The position numbers and the translations under genes are program-made. From positions 29,016,001 to 29,080,000 of the forward strand of contig OX597827.1 in the NCBI GenBank assembly GCA_951406725.2: 64,000 nt of DNA, in the 5' to 3' direction. This document shows, piece after piece, positions 25,300 to 37,635 of the stretch (its first letter is position 1; each line of letters opens with the position of its first letter). The notes under the pieces were generated by a model. The model ran no database searches. It was not told the DNA's origin and saw only the letters and a list, made by a program, of their open reading frames with translations. The DNA comes from Octopus vulgaris (Eukaryota).

Positions 25300-25940
25300 T
25301 ATTCCTCTGGACCACTTGACAACCAGTGCTGATGTGTTTACGTCCCCGTAGCTTAGCAGTTTAGCAAAAGAGAACGATAGAATAAGTGCCAGGCATCACA
25401 AAATAATTACTGGGGTTCATGCATTCACCCAGAAAGTCTTCAAGTTTGTACCCCAGCATGGCTGCAATCGAATGACCGAAGCAAGTAAAGCATAAAAAAG
25501 ATAAAAAAGAAAGATAAAATGGACTATCTGCGGTCTCCGGGGCTTAGACCAAATGTTCTTTGTCGTATCTCTTTTGTTGATTCATAGTCTATCATATGAA
25601 TGATGTAAAACGAAATGGAATTCGATCCGCCTCTAGTGTTTTGAAATCAGAATATAAATGGTCATAAGTATATATTGCTAAGAATATATTTTCCAATTGA
25701 TCTCTATATGACTTCCATTAATTTTATTAAAATTATGAAATGAACGTATCTAATGGTCAGCGTTTCTTAAGGTAGCGTGGCTGTGAGGTAAGAAGATTGC
25801 TTCCCTACTGCATCGCTCGGGGTTCAGTCATACTGCGTGGCACCTTGGGCAAGTGTATTCTACTATAGCTTCGGGCTGACCAAAAAAGCAAAGAATTGTG
25901 AGTGGATTTGTTAGACGGAAACTGAAAAAAAGCCCGTCAC
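25300..25940 (+). mobile_element. Two SINE family A fragments (tail 25300-25490, head 25770-25940)
   Basis: Match family A, e.g. caccttgggcaagtgt. Confidence 0.7.
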
Positions 25941-25949
25941 ATATATATG

Positions 25950-25985
<36 letters not shown>

Positions 25986-26034
25986 TGTATGTATGTATGT
26001 ATGTATGTTTACATACATATATATTTATATCTAC

Positions 26035-26068
<34 letters not shown>

Positions 26069-26071
<3 letters not shown>

Positions 26072-27711
26072 TTGCCTAAAATTCATAAAAGCTCTGAAAA
26101 ACAGAGACCTATAAAGGAACAGAGGAACAACTATATAAGAATACAAAGGCCTGCAGACCTCACAATGAGACCAATAGTGGCAGGACCCCAGGCACCAACG
26201 CAACAACTAAGCCACTTCATAGATGTACTCCTCAAACCTTTATGCCTACAGATACCAAGCTACATAAGGGATGACACACACATTCCAAATACAGTTCCGA
26301 AAAACACCATACTTGCAAGCTTCGATGTATCAAACCTATACACAAACATACCACACACTCTAGGTCTGGAAGCAATAAAACAATCGGTAGAAAAATATAG
26401 GGAACTCATAGACGAACGTTTCAAGACAGACTTTATCACCCAAGCCACCCAAAAATACATTCTCATTCAAGAAAATACATTCTCATTCAACAACAAGACA
26501 TACCAACAGATAAAGGGCACGGCTATGGGTACAAAATTCGCACCTTTATATGCCAACCTGGTGATGGGCTTCCTGGAGAACAAACTATACGATGAAATAG
26601 GGAAAGTCTTCGAACACAACTTCAGAGAAGACATCAAGAAAAAGTGGAAACGCTACCTCGATGACTGCTTCATCTTTTGGAACAGATCAGAAGAAGACCT
26701 ACGAACATTCCACAACATTCTCAACACGCTGCACCCATCTATCAACTTCCCAATAGATGCCAGCTACAACGAACTTCCCTTCCTAGACATCAACATCAAA
26801 ATACACAACTCCATCATCACAACAGACATCCACTACAAAAAAACCGACACACACCAATATTTAAATTTCCACTCCTGCCACCCATCCCACATAAAAAGAA
26901 ACATCCCATATAGTATGGCAAGACGAATATGTAGCATAGTAACTGACTCACAAACACGACTAATAAGACTAGATGAACTTAAAAACTTCCTACTAGAGCA
27001 AAAATACCCCCTTAAACTAATAGAAAATGGAATCACAAGAGCAATGAACCTAGACGTCGCACAACTCAGTACACCCAAACAAAGAAAAAACAAAGAAAAC
27101 ATTATCCCTTTTATAAACACATACAACCCTGGCGTTGCCAACATATTCCAAATCATACACTCAAACCTGCCAATAACCTTACAAAGTCCCAAAATGGAAA
27201 ACATACTAAACAAATATTGCATAAAAAACAGTAGACGACAGGACAAAAACCTAAAGAAACATCTAAAAAGAGCGAAATTCTCAACAGAAACTAAAACTGA
27301 ATTCTTTGTAAAAGAGTGCAGAGGTGGTTGATGTGGGATCTGCAGCAACCCCACCTACAAATACATAGAGGGAGACAAAGAAATGAATTTAAAAGTGGGC
27401 ACATATTTAAAATAAATGCAGATATGAACTGCAAGACGCAGAACGTAATATACTGCATAACCTACCCCACGTGCAAGGAGGATTACATAGGTGAAACTGG
27501 AAATTCTTTGTGCCAACGAGCCAGGATTCACCGACAACATGTCCGACAGGAAGAACTGCCCAAGATACCACTGAGTAAACAACTAGCTACATGTGGAAAA
27601 AGAAAATTTAAGATATTTCCCTTCTACAAATGTCCAAAGAACGACACCTGCTTCAAGAGGAATATGGGAAAATACTTCATAACTAAGTTCTCCCCCAAAT
27701 TGAATGGCTGA
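26069..27711 (+). pseudogene. Penelope-like (Neptune-type) RT + GIY-YIG ORF, 5'-truncated and disrupted
   Basis: LPKIHK, RPIV, SFDVSNLYTNIP, GTAMGTKFAPLYANL, RYLDD, PFLD, SCHP; Cys linker ECRGG*CGIC; NVIYCIT..TC..DYIGETG; the track's 25898 start is SINE/microsatellite read-through. Confidence 0.95.
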
Positions 27712-28347
27712 AAATATCTCTATAATAAGATGTACCAGATGAAGGACCAAATTTGTTAAGTAAACTGTATTAAACACACACACACACACACAGTTCAACA
27801 CATGTTTTGATTTTTAAAATACATCATTGAACAAAGGATATTCTAATATTTGAATGAAACCATTTCACTTTAATTTGTGGAACCAGTTGCTCCTATATGA
27901 TAAAACTTAATATTTATTTAACTGCCAATCAGTGAGATTTTAGACTAAATCAATTAAAGATCAGACAACAGACTCAGTAGTTGTCAGTTTGTATTGTCTT
28001 CAACACAAGAAAGTCTCTTTTTCAAGTATGGACCTTATGAAATTTTGCTCATCATACATTGAAGGACAAATCTTTCAATTTACAATTTAACATAGTGTAG
28101 CATTTAGTATATATATATATATATATATATATATAGCAATAATAATTCTCTAAAAGGGATATAGACAGTAACTGCTCGATAACATAAGGGACTAAAGCCA
28201 TCTGAATATGGCTAGGGACAGGGCAGGGTGGTGGGGGTGTTACTGTTGCATTTAGCCCCAGGCGAACATCGACGTCACCAGAAAGGCTCGACACCGTCAC
28301 GGTGCCCTTAACCTGCAAAGGGAGGTAATTCCCCGATGAAGCGGAAA

Positions 28348-28397
28348 CCACACACGGACCATGGTTTCAAGGTGTATTGCCTATCATCGGCGTGTGG
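28348..28397 (-). ncRNA. Minimal type-I hammerhead (U4C core), unit 1
   Basis: ccacacg-CCGATGA-tagg(caataca)cctt-GAAA-ccatg-GTC|cgtgtg; palindromic stem III ACCATGGT. Confidence 0.85.
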
Positions 28398-28707
28398 TAG
28401 GCCTCCGCTTCCTCGACGAATTCTCACTCTGCAGGATTTTCTTATATAGATTTTCAAGCAAAATACATTTGCTGATTTCGAAAATCTGTTCGAAAGCAAT
28501 AATAATTCTCTAAAAGGGATATAGACAGTAACTGCTCGATAACATAAGGGACTAAAGCCATCTGAATATGGCTAGGGACAGGGCAGGGTGGTGGGGGTGT
28601 TACTGTTGCATTTAGCCCCAGGCGAACATCGACGTCACCAGAAAGGCTCGACACCGTCACGGTGCCCTTAACCTGCAAAGGGAGGTAATTCCCCGATGAA
28701 GCGGAAA

Positions 28708-28757
28708 CCACACACGGACCATGGTTTCAAGGTGTATTGCCTATCATCGGCGTGTGG
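28708..28757 (-). ncRNA. Minimal type-I hammerhead, unit 2
   Basis: Identical to unit 1, offset +360. Confidence 0.85.
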
Positions 28758-29067
28758 TAGGCCTCCGCTTCCTCGACGAATTCTCACTCTGCAGGATTTT
28801 CTTATATAGATTTTCAAGCAAAATACATTTGCTGATTTCGAAAATCTGTTCGAAAGCAATAATAATTCTCTAAAAGGGATATAGACAGTAACTGCTCGAT
28901 AACATAAGGGACTAAAGCCATCTGAATATGGCTAGGGACAGGGCAGGGTGGTGGGGGTGTTACTGTTGCATTTAGCCCCAGGCGAACATCGACGTCACCA
29001 GAAAGGCTCGACACCGTCACGGTGCCCTTAACCTGCAAAGGGAGGTAATTCCCCGATGAAGCGGAAA

Positions 29068-29117
29068 CCACACACGGACCATGGTTTCAAGGTGTATTGC
29101 CTATCATCGGCGTGTGG
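29068..29117 (-). ncRNA. Minimal type-I hammerhead, unit 3
   Basis: Identical to unit 1, offset +720. Confidence 0.85.
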
Positions 29118-29333
29118 TAGGCCTCCGCTTCCTCGACGAATTCTCACTCTGCAGGATTTTCTTATATAGATTTTCAAGCAAAATACATTTGCTGATTTCG
29201 AAAATCTGTTCGAAAGCAATAATAATTCTCTAAAAGGGATATAGACAGTAACTGCTCGATAACATAAGGGACTAAAGCCATCTATATAAGAAAATCCTGC
29301 AGAGTGAGAATTCGTCGAGGAAGCGGAGGCCTA

Positions 29334-29383
29334 CCACACGCCGATGATAGGCAATACACCTTGAAACCATGGTCCGTGTGTGG
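29334..29383 (+). ncRNA. Minimal type-I hammerhead, inverted copy
   Basis: ccacacgccgatgataggcaatacaccttgaaaccatggtccgtgtgtgg; predicted cut after 29374. Confidence 0.85.
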
Positions 29384-29549
29384 TTTCCGCTTCATCGGAG
29401 AATTACCTCCCTTTGCAGGTTAAGGGCACCGTGACGGTGTCGAGCCTTTCTGGTGACGTCGATGTTCGCCTGGGGCTAAATGCAACAGTAACACCCCCAC
29501 CACCCTGCCCTGTCCCTAGCCATATTCAGATGGCTTTAGTCCCTTATGT

Positions 29550-29580
<31 letters not shown>

Positions 29581-29763
29581 GTATAAATATCAACACAATT
29601 ATTTCTTCCTTTTTCTTCTTCTTCTTCTTCTTCTTCTTCTTCTTCTTCTTCTTCTTCTTGTTCTTCTGCTTCTTCTTCTTCTTCTTCTTCTTCTTCTTCT
29701 TCTTCTTCTTCTTCTTCTTCTCCTCCTTTCTTCCCTTCTACAAACTCACAGACACCCACACAC

Positions 29764-29801
<38 letters not shown>

Positions 29802-30412
29802 CCACAAAACAATAATAAAAAGAATTCTTCTTCTCTAAAACCCAAAAACCATTTGACCATCCCTCATTAAACACATACACACTATCACACAATGATAAAA
29901 AGGAAATATAATTTATGGTCTACCTTCTTATGTCCCTCCCCGCCACTATACACTCAATAACACTATGAAATGGTCAAAACTTAAATTCTTTTCTCCCAAT
30001 ATCTTAGACCCCCCTTGGAGTAGACATCATGTCCAGCAGAACAAAAATTTTTTCTTCTTCTTCACTCTCCCTTCCCCTCTTTTTCTTTAACACTCCTTCC
30101 AAATAAAAAATCACACACATGCTCTCTCTCTCTCTCACTTTCTCCTCATCCATCACCCTCTTGTACTGTCTTATATCCCTCTCCACCACTACACACTCAA
30201 TAACACTATAAAATGGTCAAAACTTTTTCACAGGAACTTAGTTTGATTTGAAAACCCCACTAGAATGGGAGAAAGCGCTAATACATGATTAAGTTATATG
30301 ATGTATAAAAACATGTAATATACAAATAAATATCTGTAAATATAAAACCATCCGAATTTCTGAGTACCTCATTTCTTCTAATATAAAATACCTGTACATT
30401 ATCTCCAAACCT

Positions 30413-30465
<53 letters not shown>

Positions 30466-30468
<3 letters not shown>

Positions 30469-30648
30469 GCAACTGTGTGCAAAGTAGCTTGCTTACCAAC
30501 CACATGGTTCGGGGTTCAGTCCCACTGCGTGGAATCTTGGGCAAGTGTTTTCTACTATAGCGTCGAGCCAACCAAAGCCTTGTGAGTGGATTTGGTATAT
30601 ATTGTTATATTTCCAGAATGGTCATTTTGCCAGTTTAGCCAATAAACG

Positions 30649-30726
<78 letters not shown>

Positions 30727-30935
30727 TATACATATATATGCGTGTGTGTGTGTGTGTATTGGGCGAATGAAAGTGCCAATGTATCTGTGTTTACATCCCC
30801 GTAACATAGCGGTTCCGCAAAGGACACCGACAGAATAAGACCGAGACTTAAAAAACTCAGAACTAGAGTCGACTCATTCAACTAAGGCGGTACTCCAGCA
30901 TGGCCGCAAACTAACGACTGAAACATTTTAAAGAT
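30466..30935 (+). mobile_element. SINE family A copy, interrupted
   Basis: Head 30466-30597 and tail 30780-30935. Confidence 0.8.
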
Positions 30936-30960
30936 AAAAGATATATATTTATATATATAT

Positions 30961-32188
30961 TTTTTTTTTTTTGCTTATTTCAGCTTAGAGCTGCGGCCAT
31001 GCTGATGCACCGCCGTTTTGTGCTGCACTGTTATTACGAATAACCTCCTGTAACATGTGACACTTGGTGAAGAATGTAGTTTGACATAGCTACTCTCGTT
31101 TGCACCTCTTGCCGTGAAGTAGGTTCATCTGGGACTCTTGACAGGAAGATGTCCAGCTTTGATTTAAAAACTGCTACATCTACTTTGTGCAAGTTCCTCA
31201 GACTCTTTGGGAGAATATTAAAAAGCTGTGGGCTCTTGAAACCCAGGCTGTTGCAGAAGCTGGTCCTGAAGCGTGATGGCATTGCTGGGATCTTTGGCAC
31301 TATGCAGTGCCGTCCCTTTCTAGCATTAGTGTAGCTTACAATGCCAAAATTTGGCACAATTCCTTCCAGGATCTTCCAGACATATATTAATGCATACCTC
31401 TCCCGTCTTCTCTCTAGGGAGTAGAGTCTTAGCTGTTTCAACCTTTCTCAGTAGCTGAACAGTTCCAAAGAGACGATCTTCTTTGTGAATCTTCTCTGGA
31501 TTGCTTCAAGGTCCGCTGTTAATTTTACGCTGGTGGGTGACATAGCTGTGAGTAGTAATCCAGGTGGCTGAGGACGAATGTCCGCCAGAGGACCATCATG
31601 ATTTCCTTATCTCTGGTTCTGAATGTTCTTAGGATCCATTCAGCCAGTTGTCTGCACTTTGTCGCCATCCTGGTAATGTGCACTTGGAAAGAGGTATCAT
31701 CACTCATGTCGATACCCAGGTCCCTCACAGACTTAGGCTCTGGGATTGAAATTCCCTGTGGACCGGTGTATCCTGTAAGTTTAATATTCAGTTTTGGATG
31801 CTAGTAGCGCAGGGCCTGGAATTTTTCCGCATTAAACTGCATATTATTATCCTCAGCCCATCTGTAGATTGAGTGAAACTGCTGCTGCAGGTGTGCAACA
31901 TCGCTGGGGTTCTGTATTTTCTGCGAGACTTTCGTATCATCTGCATATCTTGCCAGAGTGGCTATCCGGGTATTTGAGAGCATATCTGAGAAGGCCACTA
32001 TAAAAGGCAGTGGTCCCAAGACATTGCCCTGTGGAACACCGCTCACTATTTGTGTGTTCATAGAGGTGGCTCCATTAACCACTACTGCCTGACTCCTATC
32101 TTTCAGGAAGTCATGCAACCACACTCCAAGTTTTCCAGCTATGTCGAGGTCACGCAGTTTGTGCCACATCATACCATGATCCACCTTG
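30961..32188 (-). mobile_element. CR1-group LINE, 5'-truncated (RT 3' half, 3' UTR and A-tail)
   Basis: SGVPQGNVLGP, YADDTK, WAEDNNMQFNAEKF, RDLG, RLYSLERRRER; several stops. Confidence 0.92.
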
Positions 32189-32903
32189 AGAGAGAGAGAG
32201 AGAGAGAGAGAGAGTTAAAAGACCAATAAGAATATCAACAGAATGTTAGGATCCATAAAAATTATAAAATAAAAACAAAAATAAAGTAAAATAAATAAAA
32301 TGAAATAGAGTAAAGAGTAAACATAGAGAAAAATAAATAAATGAATAATGACTTTTAAAATATTACAGTTCATCCCTTAAAACTTAATTATTGAGCTAGA
32401 CTAATACAGATAAATAGCTATTGGACAAAATTTAATTTAAAGGTTTCAGATATGCAGAGTTCGCTTAGTGAGATACCGGATGTAAATATGTTAAGAGCCT
32501 CAGGTAAGAAGATGTAGTATATAACAAATATAATTATATTAATAAATACGAATTAAAGGGAATAACTATAGGCTAACAAAAGTAATAATAAGGGCTTAAC
32601 ATGGGTCAATTCAACAAGTTATATTAAAACTTATTAATAAAATTATTTAAATAGTTAAATATAAAGCCCTCAAAACCGGAAGTATGTATTTATAATATTT
32701 CCCTCTATTTAATGAATGACTAAAGAATAGCTGGGAATAATCTAACTTAGGGACATGCCAAAGCGAAACCGGGTAGAAGTAAATAAGTATTATTTACAGT
32801 GAGTTAGAAAATAGTTACAGGTTTGGTTCATATAGTACAATTAATTTAATTTAGATAGTACGTAGGTATAAGAAAACTGTAATTATAGTATTTATATATA
32901 TAC

Positions 32904-32994
<91 letters not shown>

Positions 32995-33142
32995 GGAGTT
33001 GTATCTGGTAACGCTATATAAGTGCTATGGAAGGACCGTAGTTAAACTACGATAATGAAACGAGTGAAGAGTCTAATGTATGAGCATCTATATGTTAAAT
33101 AAAATGAGACAACAAAGCCAAGTCAACGTTTATAAAGAGAAA

Positions 33143-33197
33143 GTTCGTCTTACAGCTGTTTCTAGGATATTAGGAATATCCCTTCATCGGAAACAAC
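33143..33197 (-). ncRNA. Solitary hammerhead motif (U4C core) in a pLTR-like fragment
   Basis: tgttt-CCGATGA-ag-ggatatt(cct)aatatcc-ta-GAAA-cagct-GTA|agacg; palindromic stem III ACAGCTGT. Confidence 0.65.
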
Positions 33198-33508
33198 GTA
33201 AGATGGTTAAATAGAGGGAAATATTATATATATATATAGGAGTTAGTGTTTGGTAAGTAGGTTGCTTACCGCTGAACTATGTAGTCCGTGTTTTCTGAGT
33301 AAGAGGGAATAATTGTCACTATACTCGCAAGAAACCACTGGCAACGTATTAACAGTATTCCAATATTAGTAGGTTATTCCTACGCCATTAAGATGTGCAA
33401 CAATCGTATCTTAGTTTGTTACTAACGTGAACTCACACACAAAATATATATGCATATGAATACGCATATATATTCATACACACACACTCACACACATACA
33501 CATATATA

Positions 33509-33557
<49 letters not shown>

Positions 33558-33789
33558 GTATGTATATATTTATGTATGTATGTATATATATATATGTATA
33601 TATATATGTGTGTGTATGTATGCATGTATGTATGTGTACATATATATATTGTGTGTATATATATATATAGGTAGATAGATAGATAGATAGATAGATAGGT
33701 AGGTAGGTAGGTAGGTAGGTAAGTTGGTAGGTAGGTAGATAGATAGAAAGATAGGGAGAGATAGACATACATACATGCCCGCATGCATT

Positions 33790-33820
<31 letters not shown>

Positions 33821-34449
33821 TCAACGAAATTCAGCTCCAAAAACAGCATGTACATTTCCGTATGTAAGTATAGTTGTGTCTGTGTGTGATCAGCTGTATG
33901 TGTGATTATGTATGCATTTGTGATTTTGTATATGTGTGAGGTTGTGTGTGTTTGTGCTTATGCTTTATGAGTGTGTGCTGTGTGCACGCACGCGCGCGCG
34001 CGCGTGTGTGTATGCGTGTGCGTGTATCTAGCAGCGATGTATCTATCTTCACTTGACACAAATTGAAAACTATGCTGCAGCTTCCGAAGTACTTTGATAA
34101 GATGGCAAGATAAAGAGAGGAGCTTGCAACGAAAGTTCTAAAGTTGTAACTCCGAGGCACAAAATCCACAAGATATCGAAAGATTAAAAGACTAGAAAGA
34201 GTTCTTTCTTGAAAGAAAAAGGGGTTTCATAATTTTACTAGAGATGTCAGATAGGGGAGAATCAAAGGATTATAGAATTTATCGGAAATATTCCGAAGAA
34301 ATTGTTCAATATTGAAAGGAATTTAAGAGTTGAAATTCGGAAAAGAAGAAAAAAATTTCGATTTATTTATTGAACATATGTTTCTCAAGGCTGCTGTTAC
34401 CTATTTCCAAACTCACAGATCGAGCTTACACACATACACTCATACACAG

Positions 34450-34489
<40 letters not shown>

Positions 34490-34586
34490 CGGAGTAAACA
34501 CATAAATGTGAAACAAGGTGGAAAAATGAGTACTCAAATACCAGTGGTAGAGTAATATGCTTTTTTAAAGCAGCAGAAAATTCAAC

Positions 34587-34633
34587 AAAATCTGTTACTC
34601 TGAGTTTCTCGTTGCCGTTCATCAGACAGTTTT
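34587..34633 (-). ncRNA. Minimal type-I hammerhead
   Basis: ctgt-CTGATGA-acg(gcaa)cga-GAAA-ctcaga-GTA|acag. Confidence 0.75.
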
Positions 34634-34771
34634 TGTTAGAATGGAACCGATATATCAATTCAATCCAGACTCTTACAAACGCTACACCTTTAAAAAATGG
34701 ACTTGTTTGATTGGCCCTTTAGAAATAACGGTCAATCTTCGAGCGATAAGCAAAAAGTGAGCTCAAAAATA

Positions 34772-34830
<59 letters not shown>

Positions 34831-35959
34831 TATAAAAATTATAAAATTCGAGGAAAAACCTTACATTGAATAAAATACATATTGTCGTTAATGAAGGAAA
34901 TATAATTAATACATGGAAATTAAAATGCATTATAAATATTACACTGCAATACATATTCATATTAAAGTGTACATATATATATCAACATACACAGAAGGAT
35001 GCGTGCAAACGCCATACATATACAGACGTATAAATATAAATCTAAAATATACACACAAATGCATGCATACATATGGATACGCAATCTATCTCGCACGCAA
35101 GTTAAAATCATGGATGCTAATGTAGCGTTCCTTATTTACGGAGCAAAGCTTAAGTGAGGGGGACGTAAAGTTGTATGCACCAGTATCATATAGTTAGAGA
35201 AAAAAGCGAAAGAAAGGAAGAGAGAGAAAAAGGAACGAAGAAGGGGGTAGGAAAAAAGAAAAAGGGAGGGGTGGGGAAAAAACGAAATAAGAAAAATTAT
35301 GTATACAACCTGTGTAACCACGTTATTGACATATATAGAGAGACAAGTATACAAACACACACGTTCAAGTGGATACATACACATACAGCCATGTATGTGT
35401 GTGCTTAAGCACAAACATACGCTCACTTACACATACACAGAGACGTATGCTTACAAATACATATCCATGGCTATACACATATTTACATCAAAATTCTAAT
35501 TTTTGACATCATTGCTTTTTTAAAAAAATGGTGAGTGTAATAATGAAAAATATACGAAAGACATATAAAATATAACACCCTATTTTGGATCATCTATAAA
35601 TTAAAAATCAAAGTAAGCATATACAATACAATAACATGAAATAAACAAAGCCGAAGGTTTTTCCTAAGGTATATGTAGAAATATAAACAAAATATATGCA
35701 TGAGACTTTACTATACAGAATGAAATCTGGATAGCGCGAAACAAATGCATCGTCGCGTTTACATACTAGTCCGTATAGCGTTTGCACGCATCCTTCTGTG
35801 TATGTTGATATATATATGTACACTTTAATATGAATATGTATTGCAGTGTAATATTTATAATGCATTTTAATTTCCATGTATTAATTATATTTCCTTCATT
35901 AACGTCAATATGTATTTTATTCAATGTAAGGTTTTTCCTCGAATTTTATAATTTTTATA

Positions 35960-36008
<49 letters not shown>

Positions 36009-36143
36009 TTTTGAGCTCATTTTTTGTTTATCGCTCGAAGATTGACCGTTATTTCTAAAGGGCCAATCAAACAAGTTCATTTTTTAAAGGTGTAGCGTTT
36101 GTAAGAGTCTGGATTGAATTGATATATCGGTTCCATTCTAACA

Positions 36144-36190
36144 AAAACTGTCTGAAGAACGGCAACGAGAAACTCAGAGTAACAGATTTT
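36144..36190 (+). ncRNA. Minimal type-I hammerhead (inverted copy)
   Basis: ctgt-CTGAAGA-acg(gcaa)cga-GAAA-ctcaga-GTA|acag; differs from the other copy at the free N7 position. Confidence 0.75.
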
Positions 36191-36217
36191 GTTGAATTTT
36201 CTGCTGCTTTAAATAAA

Positions 36218-36265
<48 letters not shown>

Positions 36266-36338
36266 CGAGGTCACTGGTTCGATTTCCGGACCGAGGGCTG
36301 CGTTGTGTTCTTGAGCAAAGCACTTGATTTCATGTTGC

Positions 36339-36400
36339 TCTGACAACATTTCGTCATCTGACAACATTTCGTCATCTGACAACATTTCGTCATCTGACAA
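36339..36400. repeat. 18-bp tandem repeat, ~3.5 copies
   Basis: (tctgacaacatttcgtca)n. Confidence 0.9.
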
Positions 36401-36503
36401 GTTGCACCTGTACAGATGATGTCGATCTCTATAAACAGATCATCTACGTTGTCAAACGACGGGAGAGTCCATCATCATCGTATATTTATATATAGGTATA
36501 TTT

Positions 36504-36575
<72 letters not shown>

Positions 36576-36577
36576 CA

Positions 36578-36903
36578 TGAGGAGCACTTTGTCGGTTACG
36601 ACGACGAGGGTCCCAGCTGATACGGTCAACGGAACAGCTTGCTCGAGAAATTAACAGGCAAGTTGCGGAGCACTCCATAGACACGTGTACACCTAACTTA
36701 GTTTTCAAGGAGATTTATCGTGACACAGAATGTGACAAGGCTGGCCCTTTGAAATACAGGTACTACTCATTTTAGCCAGCTGAGTGGACTGGAGCAATGT
36801 GAAATAAAGTGTCTTGCTCAAGCAAACAATGCGTCGCCGGGAATTGAACTCATGACCATACGATCGTGAACCGAATGCCCTAACCACTAAGCCACGCGCC
36901 TTC
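36578..36903 (-). mobile_element. SINE family C, near full length
   Basis: aggcgcgtggcttagtggttagggcattcgg...gagttcaattcc...cttgagcaagacactttat. Confidence 0.85.
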
Positions 36904-37048
36904 ACGTATGTGTGTGTGTGTGTGCGTGCGTGTGTCTGTGTGTGTGTGTGCGTGCGTGAGTGCGTGCTTACGTTTGTTTAGGCGTGTGCGTTTGTATGAT
37001 ATGTATATATATATATATATATATGTGTGTATAAAGATTATATATGTA

Positions 37049-37104
<56 letters not shown>

Positions 37105-37409
37105 TTAAGATTCATGAATGAGTTGGAGGCACTCATCTCATCAGACTTTTCTCCCAATGTTTAATGTGATGGTTTTGTCCTACATGTGACGAAGCTGTAA
37201 GTCATACGAACCCGAGTCGAGCTTTTATCTAAAATATATGGAACTCCTACGAAATATGCTGAGAAAAGTAATGAATGGCCACCAATTCAAAATAGGCAGT
37301 AATATTAATACAAAGTAAACGTTGGTCATTTTGCTATTGTCTTACTAACTTATCTTGCTTAGCTCAGTTCGTCCGTCGTTGTCGACAATGACTAATAATA
37401 TGGAAGAAG

Positions 37410-37635
37410 ACGAGGCTCGCTATGTCTGACTGTGTTCAAGGCATACTAAGGCGGGTCTGGCGCATATAGGATATAGGTGGTCTGCTGTGAGTGACAGCAA
37501 GGAGTTGACTGCAAACCCGCGTACTTCTCTTTCTGCCGGGACCCGAGCATTCATGCTCACAAGCGGAGGCACTTCCGCCAGCCCTGCCAGGTAGGTCGAC
37601 CCTTTCCTCGCTTCCTCCAGAAACACAACGCAAAC
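37410..37635 (-). mobile_element. Possible degenerate RTE 3' end
   Basis: GC-rich island; fragments GWRKCL and HLYPICARP resemble the RTE C-terminus at 40067-40414. Confidence 0.35.

Larger units (their letters stand above)
28135..29552. mobile_element. Retrozyme-like array: ~3.2 x 360-bp tandem units (28135-29283) plus an inverted partial unit (29280-29552)
   Basis: Exact 360-bp period (lines 28141, 28501, 28861, 29221 begin identically); one HHR per unit; (AT)n on both flanks. Confidence 0.92.
34558..36218. mobile_element. Non-coding element with ~450-bp inverted repeats (PLE pLTR-like)
   Basis: 34558-35012 is inverted at 35777-36218; the mirrored short ORFs in the track confirm it. Confidence 0.85.

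Noticed and set aside
28333-28349. ccgatga-agcg-gaaac on the + strand, suggesting an opposite-polarity hammerhead (ambisense, viroid-like)
   Set aside because: No stem II, no suitable stem III or cleavage triplet; these bases are explained by the stem I extension of the minus-strand HHR
28052-29586. Repeated 63-99 aa ORFs (MVSASSGNY..., MLSNRFSK...) and the idea of a CRISPR or satellite array
   Set aside because: Non-ATG starts, no domain, not conserved in the related 352-bp family; units are identical with no spacers, and the HHR explains the repeat
37105-37155. CTGATGA plus hairpin on the minus strand
   Set aside because: No GAAA or stem III follows
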